48,382 nt of DNA from a virus (taxonomy: Duplodnaviria > Caudoviricetes): IMG/VR virus record IMGVR_UViG_3300033487_000009, positions 1 through 48,382 of that record. One strand, 5' to 3'. A program made the position numbers and the translations under genes. Shown here one piece after another: positions 15,916 through 26,473 of the stretch. Every line of letters begins with the position of its first letter. The stretch's first letter is position 1. The notes beneath the pieces are model-generated. The model saw only the letters and a program-made list of their open reading frames with translations. It was not told the DNA's origin and did not search any database.

Positions 15916-16269
15916 TTACTTAGCTTTCTTTATACTCGCTGGTCTGGATTCGGTCAAGTATCTGTGTTTGTCAAATTCCTTGACTAAAGTAGTCACGGCA
16001 CCCACCATCGTATCAATTTTTTCAGTAAGTGCTTTGTGGGATTCCTCATGTATCTGCATCCTCTTGTCCCATTGCTCAATTTGTACAGCCATGTTCTTGT
16101 CCAATTCCTGAACCTGTGCATTGACATTTTTATCAACTTTTTGAATTCGTTCAGTATTGGCTGCCTGAGCATTAAAAAGGATGAGAGCAACTACCCCAAA
16201 GACACCCATCACGCTCCATAACAATATCCAAGGGGAAACAGGAAAGGCTTTTGATGGTGAGTCCTTCAT
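15916..16269 (-). CDS. TM plus coiled-coil protein (lysis-associated, holin/spanin-like)
   Basis: N-terminal TM helix then a coiled coil; immediately upstream of the endolysin. Confidence 0.6.
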   Translation of the reverse strand: MKDSPSKAFPVSPWILLWSVMGVFGVVALILFNAQAANTERIQKVDKNVNAQVQELDKNMAVQIEQWDKRMQIHEESHKALTEKIDTMVGAVTTLVKEFDKHRYLTESRPASIKKAK

Positions 16270-16271
16270 AA

Positions 16272-16436
16272 CTACTCCTTCGGAGGTTCTGCAGGTTTAG
16301 GTGTTTCCGCTTCCGGAAGTTTCTGCAATTGATTTACAAAATCAGCCACTTCCATTACTTCATTATAAGCCTTTGCGATAAAATGATTCAATAGTCTTTG
16401 CGCCAATTCCTGTGAAATAACATATTGTTTAGACAT
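16272..16436 (-). CDS. Small hypothetical protein (possible tail-fibre chaperone)
   Basis: MSKQYVISQELAQRLLNHF..KAYNEV; downstream of the fibre gene. Confidence 0.5.
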   Translation of the reverse strand: MSKQYVISQELAQRLLNHFIAKAYNEVMEVADFVNQLQKLPEAETPKPAEPPKE

Positions 16437-16686
16437 CTTCGATTTCAACCTCCGCTTCTGCCGTTTCCTCGGCATCATCTTTAGCGTCTTTACCCTCATG
16501 CTGGACAACATGGGACTTTATATTCGCTTTCAAAATCCGTTTTACAAACTCAAATTGGGATTCCGGATTTGGAAGAGTAGCGGGTGGAGGATATGGATTA
16601 GTTATCGTATCCTGATAACCATAAAATCCCGCCACTCCATCCTTGATCCGATCCGTTAAATTAATCTTAAATTGATCTGTTGCCAT
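16429..16686 (-). CDS. Hypothetical protein downstream of tail fibre
   Basis: 85-aa ORF; YGYQDTI...PNPESQFEF. Confidence 0.6.
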   Translation of the reverse strand: MATDQFKINLTDRIKDGVAGFYGYQDTITNPYPPPATLPNPESQFEFVKRILKANIKSHVVQHEGKDAKDDAEETAEAEVEIEDV

Positions 16687-16713
16687 TATCTTTTCCCCCG
16701 ATTGATAATGTGT

Positions 16714-19059
16714 TTATGCCGCTACGGCAATACCATTATTTATTAAAGCTGTTCTTATGTTATTGACCAATGTAATTAAAGAATCCCTATGCGCAGCCGT
16801 ATCATAAGCCCCCGCAGTAGCACCCGTGCCACCAGCCGGAGCAGCCGCACCCACCACATACGAAGTTTGTGGCGTTGCCGCATTACATCCAAATGCTCCA
16901 CCAAAACGCACCAATCCCGTACCTGTATAAATAGCATAATTGGTGGTAGCCCCGGATATATTTCCTATTTCAAGTCCATAATTTGTTGTGGAAGCACCAG
17001 TCATGGCCCCGATACAAATTCCATGTTTAGTGGTATCCGTACCAGACATTGCACCAATATCAATACCCTTACTCAAGGTTCCGGAACCACCCGTTGCCAT
17101 AATCCTAATGCCATATCGATTGGTCATGGTCCCTGTTGTGCCAATATTACTTACAATTAAACCAATTCCGGTGCCTATCGTTCCGTCTGCATCATTATTG
17201 TAAACAAGAATCTGTTGCCCATAACATGCGGTTACAGTTCCACCAGCACCACATGATAATATCCCCGTACTCATTTCAAGGCCGGTTTGAGAACCCAAGG
17301 TTCCTTGATAATTCGCCTGATTTATATAATTTCGGTAAGAGGCGGCATTGAAATAACCACTATTGGTTTTCCCTGAAGGAATGGTATAATCAGTAAAGGT
17401 GACAAAATCGCAAATTATATTGACTGTTGAAGTATCGGGTATATTTGCTGTTCCAGTGAAATAAGCTACATAACCAGCAGTGGTCATTCCAGTCTTGGTG
17501 ACATGAAGAGGATACGCAGGAGTTACTCCAATTCCAACCCGATCATTTGTTGTATCTACTGTCAGAACCGCGTTTCCATCCTGATCTGCTAATTGAATAG
17601 CCGTTGTGGCATCCGCAGTTGGTTTCAGAACAAGAGATGCCGCAGGAGCGGTAATAGTCGCCGTATGAAGATGATCAAAGGTAGGTCCGGCATCCGTCGT
17701 CAAATCCTGATTTACATGCGTGGCCGCTTCGACATGCAATTCTGCGGAAATGGTCATATCGTCGTCGATATTTACATCCGCACCAGCAGCCAAGTCAATT
17801 TTCGCTGTACCATTGGTGATATTAAAAGTGTTGCTTCCACCGGTCAAAATGAGTTTGGTGGCCGCTCCACTGTCAATCGTGAATGTAGTCTGAGTTGTTC
17901 CGGTATCGGTATTTTGGGTATGTTTTAGATCGGTTGCGCTTTCAAGCAATGCCTCTGTAATCTTGGCCGTCTGACGTATTGCCTCACCCGAAGCGTCCGG
18001 TACAGACAAGGAAGTGAGCTGGTGGGTATTCATGTTGATATCGGTCGCTAAAGCACCAAGACTCGTAATAAGAGAATCCTGGAACATGGACCGGCCAATG
18101 ACCTGCAAGGCCCCTGCTCCAACACTATCTACCAATACAGTGGCAATTTCCTGACGGATATTCGGGTATAAGGGAGCAGTAGCAGTCAAGGCCCCTGCGG
18201 TATCTTTAGACACATAAAGGACATTCCCTATGTCAAAAGCACTGGTATTAAAATTTTCCAATAGGCCGACTTGCATGATACGGCCATACCCATTGGCGGT
18301 AATATTTTCTACGGCCAACCCAATGCAGGGCATGGTCGTAGAGGAATCAGATTTTGCAAGTCCCACATTCGGACAATCTCCCGTTGCGGTATAGGCATAA
18401 ACCGCCTGTCCTTTGGTTATATTGACTTCTGCGCGAGCTACAAAGACAGAATCCCTGACAATCTTACGGACCATCCCTGTTGAATCTACGAAAGAATATA
18501 GGGTGATCCCATGAAAGTCTTCCGTATAGAGACGTAAATAATTGGCCGCAGGAGCGGCAGGAGGAGTAATTTCGAGTAAATCTATGTAATCTGTTTCAAC
18601 AGGAAGGCCGTTAGCATCCGCCTTGAGAACCTTTCCCGCTGTGGCCGTAGAAGTATGATCGGAGGCAGAAGTTATGGCGTGTTGGCGAGAATGCAATCCC
18701 CATCCAATAGCCGTGTCCATTGAATAGCCCGGACTGTAAAGATACAATTTTATGTCGTAATAATAAATTATTGCAATAGGATAGGCGGAGGGTGTTCCGG
18801 ATAACGACCACGCCCCGGTAGAACTCATCGTAACGGTGATATCAACACCACCGGCAGTCTGAGGAGCGGTGCCTGTAGGAATCTCGCCAGCCGTAATGGT
18901 AGAAGCCTTTGCAGAGATATTCCCCGGCCATTGATTCATGACCAAAGTCCCGCCTGTAGGTGGAACGATTACCCCGGTAGTCCCGGCGGCAATCGTTTCA
19001 TACCAAGTGGTTCTTATTAATCGGTCTTCTAACCGAGTTATGCGATAGGTATCCAACAT
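16714..19059 (-). CDS. Tail fibre / receptor-binding protein
   Basis: 781 aa, Thr/Gly/Ala-rich. Contains a cement-like (DUF2190-type) module (ITKGQAVY...CIGLAVENI...LYVS), a DRVGIG..P..PLHV fibre motif and ~14-aa YGIxI beta repeats. Confidence 0.8.
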   Translation of the reverse strand: MLDTYRITRLEDRLIRTTWYETIAAGTTGVIVPPTGGTLVMNQWPGNISAKASTITAGEIPTGTAPQTAGGVDITVTMSSTGAWSLSGTPSAYPIAIIYYYDIKLYLYSPGYSMDTAIGWGLHSRQHAITSASDHTSTATAGKVLKADANGLPVETDYIDLLEITPPAAPAANYLRLYTEDFHGITLYSFVDSTGMVRKIVRDSVFVARAEVNITKGQAVYAYTATGDCPNVGLAKSDSSTTMPCIGLAVENITANGYGRIMQVGLLENFNTSAFDIGNVLYVSKDTAGALTATAPLYPNIRQEIATVLVDSVGAGALQVIGRSMFQDSLITSLGALATDINMNTHQLTSLSVPDASGEAIRQTAKITEALLESATDLKHTQNTDTGTTQTTFTIDSGAATKLILTGGSNTFNITNGTAKIDLAAGADVNIDDDMTISAELHVEAATHVNQDLTTDAGPTFDHLHTATITAPAASLVLKPTADATTAIQLADQDGNAVLTVDTTNDRVGIGVTPAYPLHVTKTGMTTAGYVAYFTGTANIPDTSTVNIICDFVTFTDYTIPSGKTNSGYFNAASYRNYINQANYQGTLGSQTGLEMSTGILSCGAGGTVTACYGQQILVYNNDADGTIGTGIGLIVSNIGTTGTMTNRYGIRIMATGGSGTLSKGIDIGAMSGTDTTKHGICIGAMTGASTTNYGLEIGNISGATTNYAIYTGTGLVRFGGAFGCNAATPQTSYVVGAAAPAGGTGATAGAYDTAAHRDSLITLVNNIRTALINNGIAVAA

Positions 19060-19092
19060 GAGTTAGGATTGATCTCCATTTTCACACAGAAA

Positions 19093-19752
19093 CTAAATTG
19101 GGATTTCCTTCCATGTCAACGAATAACCAACCAACATCGATGTCCCTGCTGCCGCCCATTGAGGAACATAAAACGTATTGGGCGGTAGAACAATATCACC
19201 GTCAATGTTGTCATACAGTAATGTTCCGGCCAAACTTGCGTATGTTCCTGCGCTCATGGAAAGACCAAAAGGCCGAACGACTCTGGCTGCGGCGGCTCCG
19301 GTAGCAGCACCACCACTGGTATGCGTATAATACCCGGCCTTCCCGGTGTAAGTTGCGATTGCTGCGTTATGGTTAGTTATGGTAGCCTCTGACGCCAATG
19401 TACCACTTGCTATCGTAGGAGCTACAGAACCGACTGCATGAGCAAGCCCCGAAATAGGCGTGGTTCCAGAGGTAATGTTGAGTCCGAAGCGCAGTAACGA
19501 CAAATTGACGCCGGAACCAATCGGATTCCAAACGATAAACTGGACATTAGCGGCTGCGGCTGCGGCTTTCAGATGTCCCGCTGCGATTGCCGTTGTAGTC
19601 AGCAAATGTGAAAGAGAATAAATATCCCCATCCAATGCAGACCGATAATACTTTCCCTCACCATCATTGGCGACCCTTAACGCCCCCGTGGGGGTCGATG
19701 TGAGGGGATTAACTGAGGTAGCTTGTGTGAGTTTTCCCACTTTTGCATACAT
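19093..19752 (-). CDS. Putative virion structural protein
   Basis: Beta-rich; NPIGSGVNL ... DGDIVLPP ... WKE pattern; located in the tail module. Confidence 0.6.
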   Translation of the reverse strand: MYAKVGKLTQATSVNPLTSTPTGALRVANDGEGKYYRSALDGDIYSLSHLLTTTAIAAGHLKAAAAAANVQFIVWNPIGSGVNLSLLRFGLNITSGTTPISGLAHAVGSVAPTIASGTLASEATITNHNAAIATYTGKAGYYTHTSGGAATGAAAARVVRPFGLSMSAGTYASLAGTLLYDNIDGDIVLPPNTFYVPQWAAAGTSMLVGYSLTWKEIPI

Positions 19753-19766
19753 AATTTTTACTCCTT

Positions 19767-19955
19767 TTAGGTTAGATGCGACAACGCATAAATTAACGAA
19801 AGGTCTTCAACCCACCCATTGCCATCATGAATCCATCTTTCGCCCGTATCAAGTGTCAATGCCCTTGCTCCACGGTTATTGGGCGCAATAGTTTGTGGGG
19901 TATCCGAGGATAACCATATAAATTCACGATGATCATTAACCAATTCTACCGACAT
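19767..19955 (-). CDS. Small virion-associated protein
   Basis: AGGAGG RBS; LSSDTP...GAR...LDTGERW..DG..W motif. Confidence 0.55.
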   Translation of the reverse strand: MSVELVNDHREFIWLSSDTPQTIAPNNRGARALTLDTGERWIHDGNGWVEDLSLIYALSHLT

Positions 19956-20021
19956 TAGTAGCCTCCTTTCCTAACGTTCCCCTTTCCATACTCTTGTCCT
20001 CCTTTCTTGTTCTTTTGGGAA

Positions 20022-21464
20022 TTACTTGGAAATCTGACTGCGTATTTTCATCAATTTGCCTGATTTCTCAAACATATCTTTTATGATTCTATTGGGATCA
20101 TTAAGATGCTTCAGGTAGTTTTTCATTCCTCTCATGGTCACGGCTGCTACCATAGAAGCCGGGTCCATCTTCGCCAACCCATAGGCAAATTCACCCGCAG
20201 AGGCAATATCCGAAATATCAAAAAATCCCTTTAGATTTTTCCTTGCATCTATTGTGGCCCGGTCAGTAACTTCCTTTTCGATATTCTTCAAAGCCCCATA
20301 TCTATTTTTCAATTCTTGATAACCTGGGCCTTGATAGGCATTGATAGCATCATCCGTGGCCGATCTTAACTGTTTCGTAATCCCTTCCGTCATGGCAACC
20401 TTGCCGGTGTCATTGTAATTCGGATTTTTCCAAAATGATTTCGTGGAAGAATTGAGCGAGGCAATGATATCCTCTGCTTCCGTTGGATCAATCGTAGTAG
20501 GTAACTTCTTCCATTCATTCGCTTTTCCCAACAGCCAATCCGCAGTCTCAGAATTTACCCGTCTTAATTTCGGACTTCCGCCTAATTCCTCCATTTTGGA
20601 TATGATCGGAGTCAGATCGACGACCGCCCCATTTTCCCCAGCGGTTTGGGCCATAGTGGAATATTGGGAGTAAACACCCTTGCGAGTATCCAGAACCGCT
20701 TTCGAGAAATCCTCCAAACTACTCGGCAGATTCTCCGGTGAATTTTGAATGATATCCCTTACGGCCATCTTGGCATTGTCGTAGTATTTCTGTACCTGAG
20801 AGGCGTTTTGTTTTCCAATAACGGATGGACGGATTCCCTTTTTTATTCCGGTTTCAATGGCAGAATCAATCATGGAATCTAATTTCTCCACGGTTTTCAG
20901 TGGAGTCACTGCCCCCTTGAGAACACCCGCTGCTTTTACAGCCGGACCCGAAACCGCTTTTGCTGCCATTCCGACAGGTACGATCCCCGCATAATTACCG
21001 ACGGCTTCTACATTCGCAGCCGCTTCCGGCATAGCACCCTTAAATTTAGCATAGGCATCCTGCACGGTTTTAATACCCTGAATTGCGGATTGACCAGCAC
21101 CAGATTTAGCTAATGAATTAACCGTATCACGAAACGCTTTCTGTGCCTCCTCTGGGACTGTTGCGTCATAAATAGCCTTTACTCCACTACTTACAAGATT
21201 TCCTACAACATCATTCGCCATTCCAGCAATTTGACCGCCGGTCTGGAATACCCTTGGAGCGGATTGAGCAAAGGATTCCGATACGGATTCATCCGTTTTC
21301 GGGGTCCAGATTTGACCGATATTATCGAGACGTTTTCCGAACGCAGAGGGTTCGGTCACATTTTCAATAGACAAGGATTCCGATGTTCCATCGTCCCACT
21401 GTACTTGAGAACCACCAGAATTGATTGGTTCCGTCGTTCCGTCATCCCATTTTATATCAGCCAT
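20022..21464 (-). CDS. Internal virion / DNA ejection protein
   Basis: Helical, Ala/Gly-rich; last of four large genes after the nozzle, as in podoviruses. Confidence 0.6.
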   Translation of the reverse strand: MADIKWDDGTTEPINSGGSQVQWDDGTSESLSIENVTEPSAFGKRLDNIGQIWTPKTDESVSESFAQSAPRVFQTGGQIAGMANDVVGNLVSSGVKAIYDATVPEEAQKAFRDTVNSLAKSGAGQSAIQGIKTVQDAYAKFKGAMPEAAANVEAVGNYAGIVPVGMAAKAVSGPAVKAAGVLKGAVTPLKTVEKLDSMIDSAIETGIKKGIRPSVIGKQNASQVQKYYDNAKMAVRDIIQNSPENLPSSLEDFSKAVLDTRKGVYSQYSTMAQTAGENGAVVDLTPIISKMEELGGSPKLRRVNSETADWLLGKANEWKKLPTTIDPTEAEDIIASLNSSTKSFWKNPNYNDTGKVAMTEGITKQLRSATDDAINAYQGPGYQELKNRYGALKNIEKEVTDRATIDARKNLKGFFDISDIASAGEFAYGLAKMDPASMVAAVTMRGMKNYLKHLNDPNRIIKDMFEKSGKLMKIRSQISK

Positions 21465-21473
21465 TGTATTGTC

Positions 21474-22952
21474 CTATTGAACCGGAGTCCCGTCTTGATA
21501 TACAACCGAACCGTTCTTCAATTTATAAACCGTTTTCCCGTTCAATTTACCTGTCTTTACGATATCGCCTTTTGATAAGGAGGGTGCTTCAGTCGGTGAG
21601 GATACAGCAGGTTCTTTCCCGAAGTTTTTATATGCCTCAGCCATACGAGCAAATGTTTTCGTATGAGACTGTAAAATTCTTGAAAATGCCTTTGTGTCGT
21701 AGGTAGGATCAAGAATATCCGCCGCCACTTCAAAAGCCCATTGACCGCCCTGAGTTCCACCAATGGTACGCTGTAAGGTATCTGCCAATAGTTTTGTTTT
21801 CTTTTGTAACTCCGCCACATCTGGATCGTTGATTTTCTTTCCAACCCACTGATTCAATGCACCAATATCCTTTATGCCTTCAGGCAACAATCCCTTGGCT
21901 TGCACCTTGGCCCTAAGCGAAGCCAATTCAGGGGCTTCCTTTGCGAATACATCATATGCCGTCTGAACATTAGCCGATCTCATTCCTCCCCTTTGGGCAG
22001 CCGCAGCCATCATTTCTTTCTGTTCCGGACTTTGGCTGGATTGAACATATCGGTCTGGAAATTGTGAATTGAGGTCATTAAACTGATTCACGCTCATCGT
22101 TTTTAGTCGAGTATCTGGATTGGGGTCTTTTGTATCCACTACGGTAGTAAGACGAATATCTCCATATGCTTCAGCACGGCCCTTTCCAACGGCCATAGAT
22201 TCCTCAATCTTCAGTCTGTGCCATTCCTTTGAAATCTCCGAATCTGTCTTCCCAAGTTCTTTCTGAGAATTGTAGAAAGTCTTGTAATCGGTCGGCGTAG
22301 CACCCTCTTGCAGAGGTTGCTGTAAGGTCCAACCCTGCGGAGGTTCGTATTCCTGCCCTTTTATGGGAGAAACCCGTTTGGTTTGACCATTGGGTCCGTA
22401 GATGGTAATCTGTTCGGTTTCTGGTTCGGTAGGTGCCGCCCCCATAACCTCCTCCGGCTTATTGCTTTTAATGCCCTTTTCCCTAAGAATTCTTTGGCTT
22501 GCCGCCGCATCACGCAGTTTGGGTTCGAAGGATTTCATTAAGGCATCTTTGTGCTGGCCTATGAAATCTCTCTGATCCGGCGGTAGGGATTCCATGAACT
22601 TTGCCTCTTCTTGAACAGTAGGCATTTCGCCGTTCTTCACTTTGGAAATCCAGAAATTCATGTAATTCCGACCGGCATCTTTTGAGGCTTGTGCTTTTTG
22701 CTGTGTCGCCACCTGACCGGCGATTTCAAGTATTTCCTGCGGATTCCGGTTAGGATAATGGGTCATGAATTGCTTGATCTTATCAGCATTGACTTCTCCA
22801 TTCATAAACCATTCGATAGCGTTACGCTTGAACTCGGAATCGCTTTTCTGGATCATGACATCCGCCAGTGAACTTACAGCGCGAGCTGGTGCGTCCAGAT
22901 CAGAAAGTTGCTGACCTTGCGTCATTCTCAATAAGGTATCCAATCCGGCCAT
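21474..22952 (-). CDS. Internal virion / DNA ejection protein
   Basis: Helical Q/K-rich, 492 aa; position in the module. Confidence 0.6.
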   Translation of the reverse strand: MAGLDTLLRMTQGQQLSDLDAPARAVSSLADVMIQKSDSEFKRNAIEWFMNGEVNADKIKQFMTHYPNRNPQEILEIAGQVATQQKAQASKDAGRNYMNFWISKVKNGEMPTVQEEAKFMESLPPDQRDFIGQHKDALMKSFEPKLRDAAASQRILREKGIKSNKPEEVMGAAPTEPETEQITIYGPNGQTKRVSPIKGQEYEPPQGWTLQQPLQEGATPTDYKTFYNSQKELGKTDSEISKEWHRLKIEESMAVGKGRAEAYGDIRLTTVVDTKDPNPDTRLKTMSVNQFNDLNSQFPDRYVQSSQSPEQKEMMAAAAQRGGMRSANVQTAYDVFAKEAPELASLRAKVQAKGLLPEGIKDIGALNQWVGKKINDPDVAELQKKTKLLADTLQRTIGGTQGGQWAFEVAADILDPTYDTKAFSRILQSHTKTFARMAEAYKNFGKEPAVSSPTEAPSLSKGDIVKTGKLNGKTVYKLKNGSVVYQDGTPVQ

Positions 22953-22961
22953 ATGCCCTCC

Positions 22962-24785
22962 TTATAGTCCGGAAGATGCTAATTTCTTATAAATATCGGC
23001 ACCTTGTGAAATAGAATTTAAGATGGTCGCCCAATCGGATTGACCTGGGGTTGTCGCGCTTTCGGTTGTTTTCGAGGTTCCGCCAGTGACATATTTCATT
23101 AATTCTTTTAATTTCTCGCTGTAGGCATCGGCTGCACTTGTCGAGAGATTGGATTTTGCCAAAGTGTTTTTCAATTCGGCCAGTCCCGCTCCAACGGTCG
23201 ACGCTTCCTTTCCGGTAGAAAGATATTCCTGAGCGGTTGCCTTGTTCATCTTTGGAACAAAACTTGTCATTTTCTTACCGCCAAACCCGAAACTAACCGG
23301 CGTGTAATATCCCGTTCCGGTTTCCTGTTGTTTGGTGATTTCGGCCAATTTCGATTGATAGGGCGACCATGCCGAAGTGGCCTCTTTCAGATAGGCATCG
23401 TCAGCCGCCTTTTTCTCTGCGGCTGTGGTTTCTTCCCTGCTTTTCAATCCATAAAAATCATTGACATATTGATTCCATATGTCCTCTGAGGATTGCTGGA
23501 CATAGGAGGGCAGTGTCGATGTAGTGGTATTGGTGGCAACCGTCTTTCCTTCATTCTCTCCCGAAACAACCTGACCAACGCCAGCCGCTACGGTTGCCAA
23601 TGAGGGTATGAGTTTGATCAGCGAGGAAACCGATAGGCCGGTCGCCTTTGTCAACCAATCCAAGAGTCCGGCGTTGGAAGATGTATCTGATGTCCCCGTG
23701 GAACCTGTATCCCCGGTATATACAGACCAATCTCCGGATTCATCCGTATATCCATTATCTGTGGATGAGGTATCGCCGTATCCTCCGCCTACTTCACCGG
23801 TTTCATCAATCCAATAGGGCATATCCTCATAGTCTTCCGATAATGATACTCCCGACATATCCGTTCCTCCCTGATCCTCCGTGTACCCTTCATTAATCGT
23901 ATCCAAATAAATATCGTATGGGTCTTGTTCCGGCGTTGCGTAACCTTCTCCTATCGTGTCCAAAGCCGTATCGAAACCCGTGCTGGTGGAATCGCTTGAA
24001 ATGTCATTCGACAATAAGTCATTGCCAGTATTCTTGGCGTAATAGGATGCCCCGGCAATGATTCCGTTTTTCAGGGCCGAATTGAAATCTCCGCCCTGGG
24101 CGTATGAAGCCCCGGCTTTGATCGCCATATTGGCCGCAGATTTTACAATAGCATCCGTGGAAGAAACCGGTTTACCTAAGTATGAAGTCAGATAAGAGGC
24201 CAGTGCGCTTGCAAGGGTATCCTCCCATGACCCGCCATTCATTTTAGTGCTTATTCCAGACGTAATCGCGCTGGTAATACCTGAACTGACCGCCTGACTT
24301 AGACCCAAGGATGTCAGATATGGGCTGAGTGCGCCACCGGCGGCTCCGAGAAGACCTGCACCCACTATCTCCTCACCTGTCGCACCCTTCATCGAAGCAG
24401 AAGCCATTCCACCAGCCGCAGCAGAGGCATAAGCCCCCAAACCAGCAGCGGAAGTTCCACCTGTAGCAGCAGCGGCCCCGGCTGCAATAATGGCAGGAAC
24501 GCCCACATCGCCTACCTTCTGCCACCAGCTCTTGGTATCCTTAATACGCTGGTCCTGTATAGTCCCATTAGGAAGAATGACAATACCGTTGAAATTCGGT
24601 ATGCCTTCCTGTGAATCAGCGAATGCGACAGATTCCTTTGCGCCCGTGAAACCAAAACCGGTCAATCCCTTGGTGCTGTTGATCAGTTTCTTGTAGGATG
24701 CGCTTTGAGTGGCATTAGGCGAATAACCGGATATCGGTTGCGCCAGGGTCCATTCCAAGTCTTGCTGTTTTTCGTAATCGCTCAT
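22962..24785 (-). CDS. Internal virion / DNA ejection (pilot-like) protein
   Basis: Gly/Ala-rich hydrophobic helices plus an acidic low-complexity middle region. Confidence 0.6.
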   Translation of the reverse strand: MSDYEKQQDLEWTLAQPISGYSPNATQSASYKKLINSTKGLTGFGFTGAKESVAFADSQEGIPNFNGIVILPNGTIQDQRIKDTKSWWQKVGDVGVPAIIAAGAAAATGGTSAAGLGAYASAAAGGMASASMKGATGEEIVGAGLLGAAGGALSPYLTSLGLSQAVSSGITSAITSGISTKMNGGSWEDTLASALASYLTSYLGKPVSSTDAIVKSAANMAIKAGASYAQGGDFNSALKNGIIAGASYYAKNTGNDLLSNDISSDSTSTGFDTALDTIGEGYATPEQDPYDIYLDTINEGYTEDQGGTDMSGVSLSEDYEDMPYWIDETGEVGGGYGDTSSTDNGYTDESGDWSVYTGDTGSTGTSDTSSNAGLLDWLTKATGLSVSSLIKLIPSLATVAAGVGQVVSGENEGKTVATNTTTSTLPSYVQQSSEDIWNQYVNDFYGLKSREETTAAEKKAADDAYLKEATSAWSPYQSKLAEITKQQETGTGYYTPVSFGFGGKKMTSFVPKMNKATAQEYLSTGKEASTVGAGLAELKNTLAKSNLSTSAADAYSEKLKELMKYVTGGTSKTTESATTPGQSDWATILNSISQGADIYKKLASSGL

Positions 24786-24786
24786 A

Positions 24787-26460
24787 TTACATCATTTGCT
24801 GTAAGATATTCGCCATAATCTGATACATGGCCGTTGGATCGGATTGATAAGAGTAACTCGTTCCCGTTGAACTTCCCGTCGATGATTGACCTAATTGTGC
24901 AATGGAAGCCAGAGTAGATGGCACTTTCGCCTTTTCCTGTGCGGCTGTCATCATGGCCTCATAACCCTTTGTTGCGAAGTCAGTGGCAGCGGTCGAGGCA
25001 ACATTGGCAAGAATCTTCTGGCCTTCCGTGGAATTTATGATCCCGCGAGTGGATAAATTTGCCAATGCTTTCGGAACATTCTCTTTTAACATCTGTTGCA
25101 TTTCCTGGTAATATGTTCCAATGGCCGCCTGAGTATTTGCGTCTATGTTCCCTTCAAGATTCGCTGCGGATTTGGTCAATGCTGGAATGATACCAGACAA
25201 TAACTGTTCAGAATAATTAGTCGGCAACCCGGAAAAACTTTGTGAACCTGATGTGCTTGTGCTTGTACTGCTCGGCATGATGTCCGTCGGGAAATTAAAA
25301 AAATCATCAGTGCTTCCGGTTGTTTCTGCCGTAGTACCTTGATTAGTAGCCGCAGTGCCTCCATATGCCTTGTCCCATTCGGCTTTTATTCCAGGAATAC
25401 TGTAAAGATCACTCAATGACGAGTTGGCAGATAAAGTATGTGGAACACCCGAAGCATCCATATAGGTCGCCGTTCCGTCTGCATTTTTAGTGATCTTCCC
25501 CCCGGCCCAATCCATTGTTTGTCCGGCGGGAACATTGGCAAAATAACCTGCATAATCGCTCGCTAAAGTACTATTTGCATACGGATTAGCTGTAGCAGTC
25601 ACTTGATTTCCGGTGGTAGTCGCCGGAGTGGTCGCTGTTGTTTGCGTTCCCGTCGTAACCCCTGTAGTTACAGGTGTGGTGGCGGTAGTTTGCTGTCCAG
25701 TGGTCGATTGCTGAGTAGCGGTCGTACTTTTAGTCGGCGTAGTAGCGGAAGCGGGAATATAATTAGTGTTCGGGTTGGTAATTTGAGTCGTTCCCGCATT
25801 GGTCGTCGTCGGCATTCCGCTTGTAGTCGTTGTCGCAGGGGTCGTTGTTTTCATTCCACTGATCTTCGCCTGTGCATTGCTTGTATTCCAATTCGCCGCC
25901 TGTGTGGGATTCTGATTCTTATACAAATATTCCTTGACGGCCCATGTATCTGGGGCCATACCTCCGCCAGCAGCCACCAGATCAGCCAATTGCTTCCCCT
26001 GAGTAGCTACTCTATTTACCCCGGCAGCCGAAGTTCCGGGACTTAGGTAAATGGGTGATCCTCCACCGCTGGCCTTGTAAACAAGTCCACCATCACCGGC
26101 TGTGACTGTTCCACTGCCCCATGATTGAGACCCACCAGAAGTTTTTAACTGACTGTAAATATTGTTGAGTTCATCTCCCCAATAGTTATTCTGCTTTGCC
26201 AGCCTTTCCTCTTCCGTCTCCGTGTAGATTCCTGTCTTGGGATCGGTATAGTATTGCCTCAAACCGGTAAGGGGGTTTCTGGTTCCCACACCTCCGGCCA
26301 TTTGAAGCAATTTCTTTTCCCATGGATTGACATGAGCCAATTCCGTGTCTCCACGTTGACCCTGAGAGGCTAATCCAGATTTATTACTCGGACTATCATG
26401 TTGCACTTCATAGATGAGTTTTGTTCCGTCCGGTTTGATAAGAGTCTTTTTCTGCTTCAT
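24787..26460 (-). CDS. Internal virion protein with Thr-rich linker
   Basis: N-terminal GDTELAHVNPWE..LL...GG.GTRNPLTGL motif (recalled from uncultured podovirus internal proteins); long T/P-rich tract. Confidence 0.65.
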   Translation of the reverse strand: MKQKKTLIKPDGTKLIYEVQHDSPSNKSGLASQGQRGDTELAHVNPWEKKLLQMAGGVGTRNPLTGLRQYYTDPKTGIYTETEEERLAKQNNYWGDELNNIYSQLKTSGGSQSWGSGTVTAGDGGLVYKASGGGSPIYLSPGTSAAGVNRVATQGKQLADLVAAGGGMAPDTWAVKEYLYKNQNPTQAANWNTSNAQAKISGMKTTTPATTTTSGMPTTTNAGTTQITNPNTNYIPASATTPTKSTTATQQSTTGQQTTATTPVTTGVTTGTQTTATTPATTTGNQVTATANPYANSTLASDYAGYFANVPAGQTMDWAGGKITKNADGTATYMDASGVPHTLSANSSLSDLYSIPGIKAEWDKAYGGTAATNQGTTAETTGSTDDFFNFPTDIMPSSTSTSTSGSQSFSGLPTNYSEQLLSGIIPALTKSAANLEGNIDANTQAAIGTYYQEMQQMLKENVPKALANLSTRGIINSTEGQKILANVASTAATDFATKGYEAMMTAAQEKAKVPSTLASIAQLGQSSTGSSTGTSYSYQSDPTAMYQIMANILQQMM

Positions 26461-26473
26461 GGTTTCACCTATA

